From Candidatus Anstonellales archaeon (lineage in GTDB: Archaea; Micrarchaeota; Micrarchaeia; Anstonellales; J096): 64,000 nt of DNA. The stretch is from NCBI GenBank assembly GCA_038896535.1, contig JAWACY010000002.1, positions 1-64,000 of the forward strand, given 5' to 3'. The notes under the pieces were generated by a model. It was not told the DNA's origin, searched no databases, and saw nothing but the letters and a program-made list of their open reading frames with translations. How positions within the stretch are numbered: position 1 is the first letter of the stretch; every line of letters begins with the position of its first letter. Of this stretch, positions 31,031 to 40,723 are shown in pieces. The translations under genes and the position numbers were made by a program.

Positions 31031-31082
31031 TTTTCAAATTTTCAACATTTTTGCAAATTGCAATTTTCAAATTTGTACGTTT
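31031..31082. repeat. 52-bp direct repeat, right copy
   Basis: Identical to 29741-29792; lies just upstream of the ATPase TATA-like box (TTTAAAAA on the minus strand). Confidence 0.95.
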
Positions 31083-31166
31083 CTCCTATATGCGCAAATA
31101 CGTTAAATTCGTTAATTTCATAAAATTTTGTAAAACATATTTAAATTTATACTGAATATTAATGAT

Positions 31167-32270
31167 GTGTCAAAATTCTTAATATCTGTTCCGGGAAAAG
31201 TGCTTTTGCTTGGTGGTTATGCGGTTTTACTAGGCAAAAAGGGCTTTGCACTTGCTTTGAATGATAATAAAGGGCTCGGTTTTCTTGCTGAAGCGTATAA
31301 TAGTGCAAAAGAGGAAATTAAAAGCAGTTATTTTTATGCAGATTTAAGTTGTAAAGAAGATATAGAAAATTACAAACATGAACCAGCAGTTTTCTCTTAT
31401 TTGATTGCTAAAGAATGGCATATGAAGAAGTTCAAGAAATTTAAAAAGGCGAGGATTGACATAAAGGGAAATAAAATATTTGGAATTCAGAATGCAAAAA
31501 CAGGGCTTGGAGGATCAGCATGCAGTATTGTTTCATCTATAATGTCAGTTTTTGCTGTCAATGAAACGATTTATGAGTTTTTGAATGATGCCCATGGTCT
31601 TTGCTTTAAGTCAGCATTCATGCTTAATAAAAATGCAAGCGGTTATGATATAGCAACATCTCTTTATGGAACATGCATTTATAGGAAATACATGAAAAAG
31701 GATAAGAAAGGAGGCATTTTTAATGCTGTTAATATAAAATGCAATGAATTAAAGCAAAATTTTCTTATATTGAACATAAAAGGAAAGTCAACAGATACAA
31801 AGAAAAGCATAAGTGCATTTATGCAAGCTCTTGAAGAAAGAGGGGGAGGTGTGAAAAAGGTTATAAACCAGCAAAGTTTAATAGAGCACGAGATCATGAA
31901 ATTATTTATTCAAGACAATGAAAATAGAGGCCAAAATTATTTTGACATGAAAGCCATGAGCTATAAGCTAATTGACAAAAAAAGAGAACTTAATAAATTT
32001 ATGTTAAAATATGGAGCAGATGAGGTTGTGCCAGATGAAGTTTATGGGTTTTTGAAGAATTTAAGGGAATTAAAAGCAATTTCTGGTTGTTTTATTACCG
32101 GAGCAGGAGGATACGATAATATAGCAATTATATTAAATAAGCATGCATTAAAAGGCTTGAAAGCATTTGATAAGCTAAAAGATGAGATAATATCAAAATC
32201 TGAGTTTGATATTGAATTTTTAGATGTAATGCAAGATAATAGCGGGGCCAGATTTTATGAAATACAATAA
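31167..32270 (+). CDS. GHMP kinase, probable ERG8-type phosphomevalonate kinase
   Basis: PGKVLLLGGY, KTGLGGSA, SGYDIA...YG, GAGGYD; overlaps mevalonate kinase. Confidence 0.8.
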   Translation: MSKFLISVPGKVLLLGGYAVLLGKKGFALALNDNKGLGFLAEAYNSAKEEIKSSYFYADLSCKEDIENYKHEPAVFSYLIAKEWHMKKFKKFKKARIDIKGNKIFGIQNAKTGLGGSACSIVSSIMSVFAVNETIYEFLNDAHGLCFKSAFMLNKNASGYDIATSLYGTCIYRKYMKKDKKGGIFNAVNIKCNELKQNFLILNIKGKSTDTKKSISAFMQALEERGGGVKKVINQQSLIEHEIMKLFIQDNENRGQNYFDMKAMSYKLIDKKRELNKFMLKYGADEVVPDEVYGFLKNLRELKAISGCFITGAGGYDNIAIILNKHALKGLKAFDKLKDEIISKSEFDIEFLDVMQDNSGARFYEIQ

Positions 32271-33171
32271 AGTTAAATCTGCTGGCATGGGAAAAATCAT
32301 TTTATTTGGAGAGCATTTTGTTGTTTATGGTAAAAAAGGAATAGTAATGCCATTAACTGATTGCATAAGTGTTGAATTAGAATTTAATAATGGAGAAAAA
32401 GATATTATAAAGCCAGCTGGATGGAATAATAAAAAAACAAGAGATGCTTTGAATTATATAAAAAATGCATTTAACATAAGAAATGGGCTTAATATAAGGA
32501 TAAATGAATTAATGCCTTCAAGATCAGGCCTTGGTAGTTCTGCTGCTTTTTGTGTTGCTCTTGTAAAGGCTTTATACAGAATACAGGGCATTGGATCTGA
32601 TGGGCATAAGATTAAAGAAGAGATAAATAGGCATGCATATGAAATGGAAAAATTTTATCATGGCAATCCATCAGGGATTGACAATACAGCATCTGTATAT
32701 GAAAAAGCTTTTATATTCGAGAAAGGCAAAAGGCCGATATTGATTAATAATAACTTAAGCCTTGATTTTGTAATATGTATTTTACCAAGAGAGAAGGATA
32801 CAAAATCAATAGTGCAAGACGTTAAAGCATTGAGTGAAAGCAAGCCATTTTATTTTGATAACATTTTGTCTATTTATGATAAAATATTTGATATTGGGCT
32901 ATATGGAATAAAAAATAGGGATAAAAGTATTATAGGCAATGCAATGAATATGAATCAAGAAATTTTAGCAGATATTGGAGTTTCAAATAAAAATATTGAA
33001 ATGCTCAGGCATATAGCATTAGACAATGGCTGTTATGGAGCAAAACTTTCTGGAGCTGGAAGAGGAGGGGCCTTTATATCTTTATGCAAAAATAGGAGGC
33101 ATGCTGAAATAATGGGCAGGATATTTAAAAAGCACGGCATAAGATGCTTTTTAAAGACTTTGAAAATATAA
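32257..33171 (+). CDS. mvk: Mevalonate kinase
   Basis: GKIILFGEHFVVYG, PSRSGLGSSAA, HGNPSGID, KLSGAGRGG. Confidence 0.93.
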   Translation: MKYNKVKSAGMGKIILFGEHFVVYGKKGIVMPLTDCISVELEFNNGEKDIIKPAGWNNKKTRDALNYIKNAFNIRNGLNIRINELMPSRSGLGSSAAFCVALVKALYRIQGIGSDGHKIKEEINRHAYEMEKFYHGNPSGIDNTASVYEKAFIFEKGKRPILINNNLSLDFVICILPREKDTKSIVQDVKALSESKPFYFDNILSIYDKIFDIGLYGIKNRDKSIIGNAMNMNQEILADIGVSNKNIEMLRHIALDNGCYGAKLSGAGRGGAFISLCKNRRHAEIMGRIFKKHGIRCFLKTLKI

Positions 33172-33205
33172 ATATTGCCTATTATATCATTAATAGGTTG
33201 ATTGA

Positions 33206-33964
33206 ATGGAATATAAGTATAGAATAAAGGCCTTTGCGTTTGATGGGGATGGCGTTGCTTATGTTGGAGATAAACTTATTAAGGAAACAATAAATGCTAT
33301 TAAAGCTTTGCAAAGAAAGGGCATAGCAGTATATATGGCAACCAATACAAGCAGCGGAACAAGAGAACAAGTTTATAAAAGATTAAAAGGCATTGTCGAT
33401 AAAGAAAATATTATTACAGCTGCTGATTTAATGCTTGAGTACATTGAAAAAAATTACAATTACGTATGGGCCATCTCAAATCCAAAAATAAAAAGAGCAA
33501 TAAATAAGCTTGGTATAAAAATTAATGAACATAAGGCAGAATGTGTTTGCATATCATTCCATAGAAGACATGAATTTAATGATATAGCTATAGGGTTGAG
33601 GCTTTTATTAAACAAAAGGCCTTTATTGAGTGCAAATATAGATAGATATTATTTAAGACCAGAAGGTGTTGTGCCAGGCAATGGATTTATTACAAAGGCA
33701 TTTGAATCTGTAGTAAATGTAAAGGCCAAATATTTTGGCAAACCAAACCCAGAAATGCTTTTCAGAATAGCAAAAAAAGAGAATATAAAAATAAATGAGC
33801 TAGCCCTTGTTGGTGATATGATGGAAACAGACGTTCAAGCTGCTAAAAATGCAGGTTGTTTAAGCATATATGTTAATAATGGTGTTTTTCAAGTTATAAG
33901 AGTAAAGCCAGATATAGAGACAAGTTATAAAAGGTTAGAGAGGGATTTATTTTCATTAATATAA
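33206..33964 (+). CDS. HAD-IIA (NagD-like) hydrolase
   Basis: FDGDGV, ATN, GKP, VGD...TD. Confidence 0.9.
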   Translation: MEYKYRIKAFAFDGDGVAYVGDKLIKETINAIKALQRKGIAVYMATNTSSGTREQVYKRLKGIVDKENIITAADLMLEYIEKNYNYVWAISNPKIKRAINKLGIKINEHKAECVCISFHRRHEFNDIAIGLRLLLNKRPLLSANIDRYYLRPEGVVPGNGFITKAFESVVNVKAKYFGKPNPEMLFRIAKKENIKINELALVGDMMETDVQAAKNAGCLSIYVNNGVFQVIRVKPDIETSYKRLERDLFSLI

Positions 33965-34021
33965 TTATGCATTAATATAATGCATTAATATAATTATGGT
34001 AGTTATAATTATGGTGGTTCT

Positions 34022-35320
34022 ATGCATGAGATAAGGACAAAAATAATAGCAACAATTGGCCCAGCTATAGAAGAGGAGAGCAAACTTTTACAGATTTGTC
34101 ATTATGCAGACATAATAAGGTTTAATTTTTCCCATGAACCAAAAAAACAGATAAAAAGGCTATCTGTTGTTAAGAAAATTGCAAAGAACATAAAGAAATA
34201 TATAATAACACTTGCTGATCTGGAAGGGCCAAAAATAAGGACAAGAAATGAAGAGCAAATAGAATTAAGTAATAATGCTGAATATGACATAAGTGTATTT
34301 GGGATAAAAGAAAGATTCTTCTACAAGATGCTTGAAGAGGGGGATTTGCTACTTTTAGATGATGGGAAACTTAAACTCAAAATGCTTGACAGGCATAAGT
34401 TTAAGCCTTTGAATAATTACATATTAAAGCCAAATAAAACAATCACAATAAAAGGCAAAGATTTTCCCATATCAGGGTTGACAAAAAAAGATTATGAAGA
34501 TTTAAATAGCCTGTTAAAAGCAGATTTTGATGCAATAGCAATGTCTTTTGTTAAAAATGGCAGTGATGTTGATAAGTTGAGGTTAATAGCAAAAGATAAA
34601 GTAATAATAAGTAAGATAGAAACTGTTGCTGCAGTTAAGAATATTGACGAAATAATAGAAAAAAGTGATGGAATTATGATAGCAAGAGGCGATCTGGCAT
34701 TAGCTTTGGATGAAGAGAAAGTGCCAACAATGCAGAGATTGATAATAAATAAATGCATAGATAGCTCAAAACCAGTCATTGTTGCTACACAAATGCTTGA
34801 TAGTATGATAATGAATCCAACTCCAACAAGAGCAGAAATAAATGATATATATTCAAGTGTTTTACAAGGAGCAGATGCTCTTATGCTATCAGGTGAAACA
34901 GCTTCTGGCGCTTTTCCGGTGGAGTCAATAAAAACTATGTATAAGACAATATCAGAAGCTGAAAAACATGTTAAATATGATAAAGTTTCTGATAATGACA
35001 TAAAAGATAAGATAGCAAGGAATGCTGTTGAACTTGCTGAATCTTATAATGTGCCAATAATAGCCCCTACAGTGCATGGCACTACTCCAAAAAAGATATC
35101 GAGGCAAAGGCCAAAAATTTCTGTTTATAGTGTAACAAATAATGAAAAGACATTTAAATACCTTCATTTCTTCTTTTCTTTAAGGCCAATATTTTTCAAT
35201 TATGAGCCAGTCTTTAAAAAAATCGATAAAATAAAAGCAAAGTTGAATGTTAAGAATGCTGTTTTTGTTTTTGGCTATCCACCAGGAAATCACAATACAA
35301 ATACAATTATATATATTTAA
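34022..35320 (+). CDS. pyk: Pyruvate kinase
   Basis: TKIIATIGPA, RFNFSH, DLEGPKIR, KIE, MIARGDL, ATQMLDSM, PTRAE, MLSGETA. Confidence 0.96.
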   Translation: MHEIRTKIIATIGPAIEEESKLLQICHYADIIRFNFSHEPKKQIKRLSVVKKIAKNIKKYIITLADLEGPKIRTRNEEQIELSNNAEYDISVFGIKERFFYKMLEEGDLLLLDDGKLKLKMLDRHKFKPLNNYILKPNKTITIKGKDFPISGLTKKDYEDLNSLLKADFDAIAMSFVKNGSDVDKLRLIAKDKVIISKIETVAAVKNIDEIIEKSDGIMIARGDLALALDEEKVPTMQRLIINKCIDSSKPVIVATQMLDSMIMNPTPTRAEINDIYSSVLQGADALMLSGETASGAFPVESIKTMYKTISEAEKHVKYDKVSDNDIKDKIARNAVELAESYNVPIIAPTVHGTTPKKISRQRPKISVYSVTNNEKTFKYLHFFFSLRPIFFNYEPVFKKIDKIKAKLNVKNAVFVFGYPPGNHNTNTIIYI

Positions 35321-35355
35321 GAGTACATATTTAAAAAATTCAAAACAGCATAATA

Positions 35356-36165
35356 ATGTATAAATATATCCAATATAAGGCGGTTTTTATGGCCTTTAAT
35401 ATAACGCATGTCTTAATGCTTTTGTTAGCCTTTTTATTGGTTTTTAATTTAAACGGATGCTTGAATAATATGAACAATAATGAGGTTAATAAAACAAGGA
35501 GCGAAGAGAATATGAGCGAGAAAAACATGCAGTTTAAAGGAAAGCTTCTTGTTGCTCTTGGAGATTCGATAACTGCTGGCACAAATAGTGTTTATTACTC
35601 ATTAAAATCTGAGCATAATTTCGCAAGTTATCTGGCAAAAGATTTTGGCATGGAAATAAAGAATTATGCATTTCCAGGGGCAACAAGCAATGATGTTCTA
35701 AACCAAGCAAAGAATATGGAAAAAAATGTTGAAAATGTTTCAATAATAACAATACTTGTTGGTGCTAATGATATATTTAGAGGATATGATAGAGAGGTAT
35801 ATAGAAATAATTTAAGAGAGATAATAAGTATTGCAAAAAATAAGGTTGGCAGGGATGGTATTGTTATTGTCGTTGGCCTGCCTAATATTGGTTTACTTAA
35901 TAATCTCGAATGCCAAAACCCTCTTGGCTATATTGATGGGAAAATGCAAAACACATTTTTTGATTTTAATGAAATAGCAAAAGAAGAAGTTAATAAAGCA
36001 AAAGATAAAATATCAAGCAGTATAATTTTTGTTGATATATATAATATTAATTATAATGATGCTGATATAGGCATTGATTGTTTTCATCCAGGCAAAAATG
36101 GACATGAAAAAATAAAACAAGCAATAATAAAATCCTTGTCCAGTTATTATAATATTACAAACTAA
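35356..36165 (+). CDS. SGNH/GDSL hydrolase with lipoprotein-like signal
   Basis: LNGC signal; GDSI, PGA, GAND, DCFHP; start probably ATG 35389. Confidence 0.88.
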   Translation: MYKYIQYKAVFMAFNITHVLMLLLAFLLVFNLNGCLNNMNNNEVNKTRSEENMSEKNMQFKGKLLVALGDSITAGTNSVYYSLKSEHNFASYLAKDFGMEIKNYAFPGATSNDVLNQAKNMEKNVENVSIITILVGANDIFRGYDREVYRNNLREIISIAKNKVGRDGIVIVVGLPNIGLLNNLECQNPLGYIDGKMQNTFFDFNEIAKEEVNKAKDKISSSIIFVDIYNINYNDADIGIDCFHPGKNGHEKIKQAIIKSLSSYYNITN

Positions 36166-36268
36166 CAAATTAACAAGCTATAGCTTTACAACTTAACAAA
36201 TTAACAAATTAATAGCTTAATAACTTAACAACCTAACAACTTAACAACCTAACAACAAGCAAATTAAC
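36163..36268. repeat. Degenerate 8-bp tandem repeat (TAACAAAT/TAACAACT/TAACAACC)
   Basis: Begins at the SGNH stop codon; roughly a dozen imperfect units. Confidence 0.8.
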
Positions 36269-36824
36269 CTATTTCTTATTTTTTATTAGAATTTCTAATA
36301 TTTTATTTGATTTTTATATTATCCCCTTTATTTTATATATTAATTTCATATATTATATTCTCTTTTTTCTATTATTATATTTTATCCTTTTTTTATGCTT
36401 TTCATTTTTTTATGTTTTTTTGTCTAATAGGGTAGCCTCTAATAATAAAAAATGCCTTATTTTTTGCCCTGCTGCTTTGCTATACTTTTTTATGCCTTTT
36501 TCTGCTTTTTTATTGAATAATATTATAATATGTTAGAATTTCTAATATTATATAATCATAATTCATTAATAATGCTAATCCATCAATGCTGCTTATGCTT
36601 ATGATATACAAATCAGATAAAATCAGATAAAATTGATTCAATCGATAAAATAAAGGTATTTTTTAATTAGTTTACTATTAAAGTATAGTAACTTAATCGT
36701 TCATTGCAAAGGCCCCTATATTGCAGGTTTACTGATAAAGTATTGATTTGCAAAATCCTGTAGAGTAATCAAGGTTATTTTGTAAAAACATTCTAAAAGA
36801 GCTTATTTTTTATTCCTAGTTTAT

Positions 36825-37337
36825 TTAAGTGGTATGAGACTTAGGGAAATAATAAATTTTATCTTTCATTCCCATGCTATAACTATTATTGATTGGGTTT
36901 AATGATATTGCAAAAACACCTTTCTCTTCATCAAAATTATCTAAATAAAGAGTATAGACAGCAGGAAATTCAAAGGGCTGAGTTGAATTTATTAAGAATT
37001 TAAATTCTGCTTCATATGGCTCGTTTGCTTTTAATTCAATATCTATTTTTTGTTCAGATAAAGGAATTAAGTTTAAAGGATTAATTGAATCTTGCTTAAT
37101 ATCGCCAACGCTTATTCTTACCTTTGTATTTATATCTGAAGTTAATCTTACAAAAACATTTATTCTATTGCCCTAACTTATATTGCCACTAACAAATATT
37201 TCCATAAAACCATGTCTTTGCCTTGGAAATGATTGGTCTATAAGCCATATATTTGCTCTAACAGCACTATCTAAATCTTTGTCTAATGTTGTATTAAATC
37301 CAGAAAAGCAGCAAAAAACACAAACCTCTTCATCCAT
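36825..37337 (-). pseudogene. 170-codon frame interrupted by one in-frame TAG (beta-sandwich-like product)
   Basis: ATG 37337, TAG at 37175-37173 (codon 55), frame stays open to TAA 36827-36825; hand-translated. Confidence 0.6.
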
Positions 37338-37560
37338 TTTTTATCGGGAGTAATGTTTATAAAGGTTTCTCTGTTTTTTATAAGTATTTCTGTTATGGTT
37401 GGATGCTGTAAATTTCCTTTTATAGGATATTTTCTATATCTAAAGACACAACACTACAAACCTATTTTTTAATTTTTTTATGCAGCCATAAATAAAATAT
37501 TAAATTACTTAAATATTGATTTGAAATGTCTTGTTAATCACTTTGTCAATTTATACCTTA

Positions 37561-38679
37561 TTAATCAATTGATACAGCAACAACTCCTATAGGATAAAAT
37601 TTTCCATTATAATATGTTATATTTCTGCTCCCCATAATTTTATCGTCTTCTTTAAGTTTTGTGTGTGCTTTTTTACCTCTACCCATTAGTAAAAATGGTT
37701 TGTTCAAATTTTTCATCAACTCCCAAAAACTTATGACATCTTCTCTAACAGCTTTAATAAAGTGGCCATGTTTTTTATCATGTATGTTTACAGATTCCCA
37801 AAATTTTAATTCTCTTTGTATGACTATATTATTAAACTTCTTAAGTTCTTTGTATATATGTTCAAATTCTTCTTTATAGAGCATTTTTTCTGGGCCGTGT
37901 AACCAATCATCCAGATCGCCGCCAATCAATTTTTCTTTTTTCATAGTGCCGACAAATGTTGTCGATGGCTTAAGGTATTCGACCATTTGCTCAGGTCCAA
38001 CTGGCGGTTTATTCTTGTTTTTGATATTAGATCTTATATTAACTTCAGTAGAGACAAAAACATTAACATTATTATTTAAAGGTAACATGTCCCTAACTAA
38101 AATATAATCCTTTCTTATTTTAGTTTCTAATTTTCCAGTTTGCTGGTTAAATTCGAACTTTTTAAAAAGCCTTTTTTCTTTTTCGCGATTTTTACTACCA
38201 AATCTTTCTAATTCAAATTTCCTATTTATTTCATTTAAAACGCTATTATTTAGCTCCTTGTTCTTAATGAAATAATAGGTAGCAATCAACGCGCCTTTAA
38301 AAGAGCTTCCAGGAATATAACCTAAACCGGGTAATAAAGAGACAGTTTCATATATTTTTGTAGGGTTTTTTACTTCAATATTGTATTGTGGTGGATAATT
38401 CTGCAATTCAATTTTGCTATTATATAATACCCCATACTTTTCGAATAACTTGGTAATAAAAATTCTTGCATTTTCAATATCCCCGTTCAATATTTTGTCT
38501 ACTACTACTTCAAGTTCTTCAAACTTTGCCAGAGCAGTCAATTTTTTAATATCGACTAAGTAATAAGCATTGCCCTTCTTAGTCAAAGAAAAAATTAAAT
38601 CTAGTTCCTCACCAGACCTTATTGATGTTGGTGATAAAACATCTAATCTGATCCTTATTAATTTATTCATTCTAAACAC
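37561..38679 (-). CDS. csm5: Type III-A RAMP Csm5
   Basis: LSPTSIRSGE, YIPGSSFKGAL, LMGRG; last gene of the csm operon. Confidence 0.8.
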   Translation of the reverse strand: MFRMNKLIRIRLDVLSPTSIRSGEELDLIFSLTKKGNAYYLVDIKKLTALAKFEELEVVVDKILNGDIENARIFITKLFEKYGVLYNSKIELQNYPPQYNIEVKNPTKIYETVSLLPGLGYIPGSSFKGALIATYYFIKNKELNNSVLNEINRKFELERFGSKNREKEKRLFKKFEFNQQTGKLETKIRKDYILVRDMLPLNNNVNVFVSTEVNIRSNIKNKNKPPVGPEQMVEYLKPSTTFVGTMKKEKLIGGDLDDWLHGPEKMLYKEEFEHIYKELKKFNNIVIQRELKFWESVNIHDKKHGHFIKAVREDVISFWELMKNLNKPFLLMGRGKKAHTKLKEDDKIMGSRNITYYNGKFYPIGVVAVSID

Positions 38680-39592
38680 CTCTTAGGTCTATACCAAAAC
38701 TCAAGGTTTTCATTGGAAAAATATAATCTGAACCTGTAAATTTAGAACTAATCTTATAATTTTTCCCTATTATTCCATATTTAATTTCTGAATTAGGGGT
38801 ATTAACTATGCTGCCTTTACCGTACTTAAGTACAGACAGCCCCCAGTTGCCTTTTATTGAATTATAATAAGTAGCCCTTCCAAAAATAACTTTATAGTTT
38901 TGTTCTGGTATAAAATTGCCAAGAGCTACCCTTGTTGTTATACTGTTGTTTATTAAATTAATCACTTTTTCTTCGCTTAAATCATCTATAGATATACTTA
39001 TATTTGATATTGTTGTTTTATCACCACCTAAACCATAATCTTCAAGATCCTTTATCTGGTTTAGAACATCTTTATTATTATAAGCGATCAAAACACCAAC
39101 AAAAATTTGCTTACCATCGTATTCTGACTCTCCTAAATAAACCTCTCTTGTTGTGAAAAGGTCTTCTTTTTTTCTTCCTTTCCTAGTAAAAGATGTAAAT
39201 TCAATAATGTTTTTATTATTAATTCTAAACATTTGAATAACATCTTCACTTAAACTTCCTTTACTAAGAGCAAATATTTGTGATGGAGTTAATAAAGTGT
39301 TCTTATATTGTTTTTTTTCATCGGGTTTTTTATCTCCAAAATTAGGTAAAAATCTCTCTATAAATACATAGCCATTTAATAATGGCTCAGACCCAAAAAA
39401 TAGGGACATATCTGATATTATAAACCCATCGCAAAATTCTTCTATACTTTCAGGCCCTATTTGGCCGTTATTTATGCATATTGATAATAAAGCACTAACA
39501 ATTTGTGTATTTTGCAATATTGATATTGGTGAAGCATACTTAAGCATTCTTGAGTTTAACTTTCCTTTGAATTTTACTATTGCATAATCCAT
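38672..39592 (-). CDS. csm4: Type III-A RAMP Csm4 (divergent)
   Basis: Position between csm3 and csm5; FIISD and YGLGGDKT Gly-loop. Confidence 0.75.
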   Translation of the reverse strand: MDYAIVKFKGKLNSRMLKYASPISILQNTQIVSALLSICINNGQIGPESIEEFCDGFIISDMSLFFGSEPLLNGYVFIERFLPNFGDKKPDEKKQYKNTLLTPSQIFALSKGSLSEDVIQMFRINNKNIIEFTSFTRKGRKKEDLFTTREVYLGESEYDGKQIFVGVLIAYNNKDVLNQIKDLEDYGLGGDKTTISNISISIDDLSEEKVINLINNSITTRVALGNFIPEQNYKVIFGRATYYNSIKGNWGLSVLKYGKGSIVNTPNSEIKYGIIGKNYKISSKFTGSDYIFPMKTLSFGIDLRGV

Positions 39593-39604
39593 TATAAAAT
39601 CACC

Positions 39605-40231
39605 TTATTTAATGTCATAAAATTTAATTGTACCATAGCCCCTCGTTCCATTGCCACCTAAATAATCATTTTCTAGTTTATTTAAAGCATTAGTTATATA
39701 TTGTTCAAATTTTTCATCTATTATTATATCTAATCTAAATAATACTCCTGGCTTAACCCTTTCAGTTTGTCTTAAGCCACCTAAAGTTGTACCGCTGATC
39801 CTATCTATTGTGTTTTCAAATTTAACTTCTACTAAGTCTAATGGTGAATCAACTGACTCGCGGGTTAATACCTCTGATATGTATGGAAAATCTTCTTTTA
39901 TTTTGTTTTTTATTTCTTCAGATACCTGAGTTTCGACAAAGGCATCTCTAAATATGGCAGCTCCTGTCTTGGCTTGTTTCCCATCATTACTGACATAACC
40001 AAAGACGTTGCAGATATCACATTTTCCACACTTGCATACTTCTTCTTTGCCAGCCTCTTTTTCAAGTAATGACCTGAGTTTACCCTTTAGGCTACTACCA
40101 GGTATATAAGGATAACCCCAAGGATCTTTTACAACTACGTTGTCAACGCCCCCTATTTCATATTCTGCAGAGCCGCCTATATGCAAACCTGTAACAACTA
40201 ATAGATATTTTTCAACTTTTTTTCTTGCCAT
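39605..40231 (-). CDS. csm3: Type III-A Csm3 (Cas7) RNase
   Basis: TGLHIGG, GGVDN (catalytic Asp), PYIPGSSLKGKLRSLLE, KFENTIDR, YLGGNGTRGYG. Confidence 0.95.
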   Translation of the reverse strand: MARKKVEKYLLVVTGLHIGGSAEYEIGGVDNVVVKDPWGYPYIPGSSLKGKLRSLLEKEAGKEEVCKCGKCDICNVFGYVSNDGKQAKTGAAIFRDAFVETQVSEEIKNKIKEDFPYISEVLTRESVDSPLDLVEVKFENTIDRISGTTLGGLRQTERVKPGVLFRLDIIIDEKFEQYITNALNKLENDYLGGNGTRGYGTIKFYDIK

Positions 40232-40233
40232 AT

Positions 40234-40719
40234 TTACCTACCTCTCGTGTTTGCTTTTGTTTGCAAGTATAAAGTAGTTATATATAAGGCGTCTATGCCT
40301 CTTTGTACTTTTGCACGGTCATTTTTTTCGTTATTTTTTGCAATTTCTGATAAAATGTTTGCTACAATACTTAATGATTCAAATTCCGGGTTACCTTTTT
40401 TCATATTTTTAGCAGCTATATAACTAATTTTTCCAGCATCTATGAGCATTTTTTTAGAATCCAATTTATCTTTACTATCATATATCTTTTTCCATTTTGA
40501 AACCATAGTATGTATCATTATAGTTTTACCTTTTGAAGTGTTCCACGTTTCTAGCCTTTTGATTTTTTCAATCAATTCTGAGAGAATCTTTTCATCCCCA
40601 TTTTCAATATAGTCTTTTATTAAATTTTTTATATCATTAAAGTTGCCCCCCTCATTTTGTCCCCCTCTATTACTAAAATCACTACCAAAACTTCTTCTAT
40701 TTATTTCTCCTGCTTGCAT
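40234..40719 (-). CDS. csm2: Small subunit Csm2 (Cas11)
   Basis: Helical protein between cas10 and csm3; start placed at ATG 40719 after SD GAGGTGA (ORF track extends to 40785). Confidence 0.7.
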   Translation of the reverse strand: MQAGEINRRSFGSDFSNRGGQNEGGNFNDIKNLIKDYIENGDEKILSELIEKIKRLETWNTSKGKTIMIHTMVSKWKKIYDSKDKLDSKKMLIDAGKISYIAAKNMKKGNPEFESLSIVANILSEIAKNNEKNDRAKVQRGIDALYITTLYLQTKANTRGR

Positions 40720-40723
40720 ATTA

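Noticed and set aside
37173..37175. Genome-wide TAG reassignment (e.g. pyrrolysine)
   Set aside because: TAG ends kae1, cas1, dut and others at expected lengths, and no conserved gene here has an internal TAG
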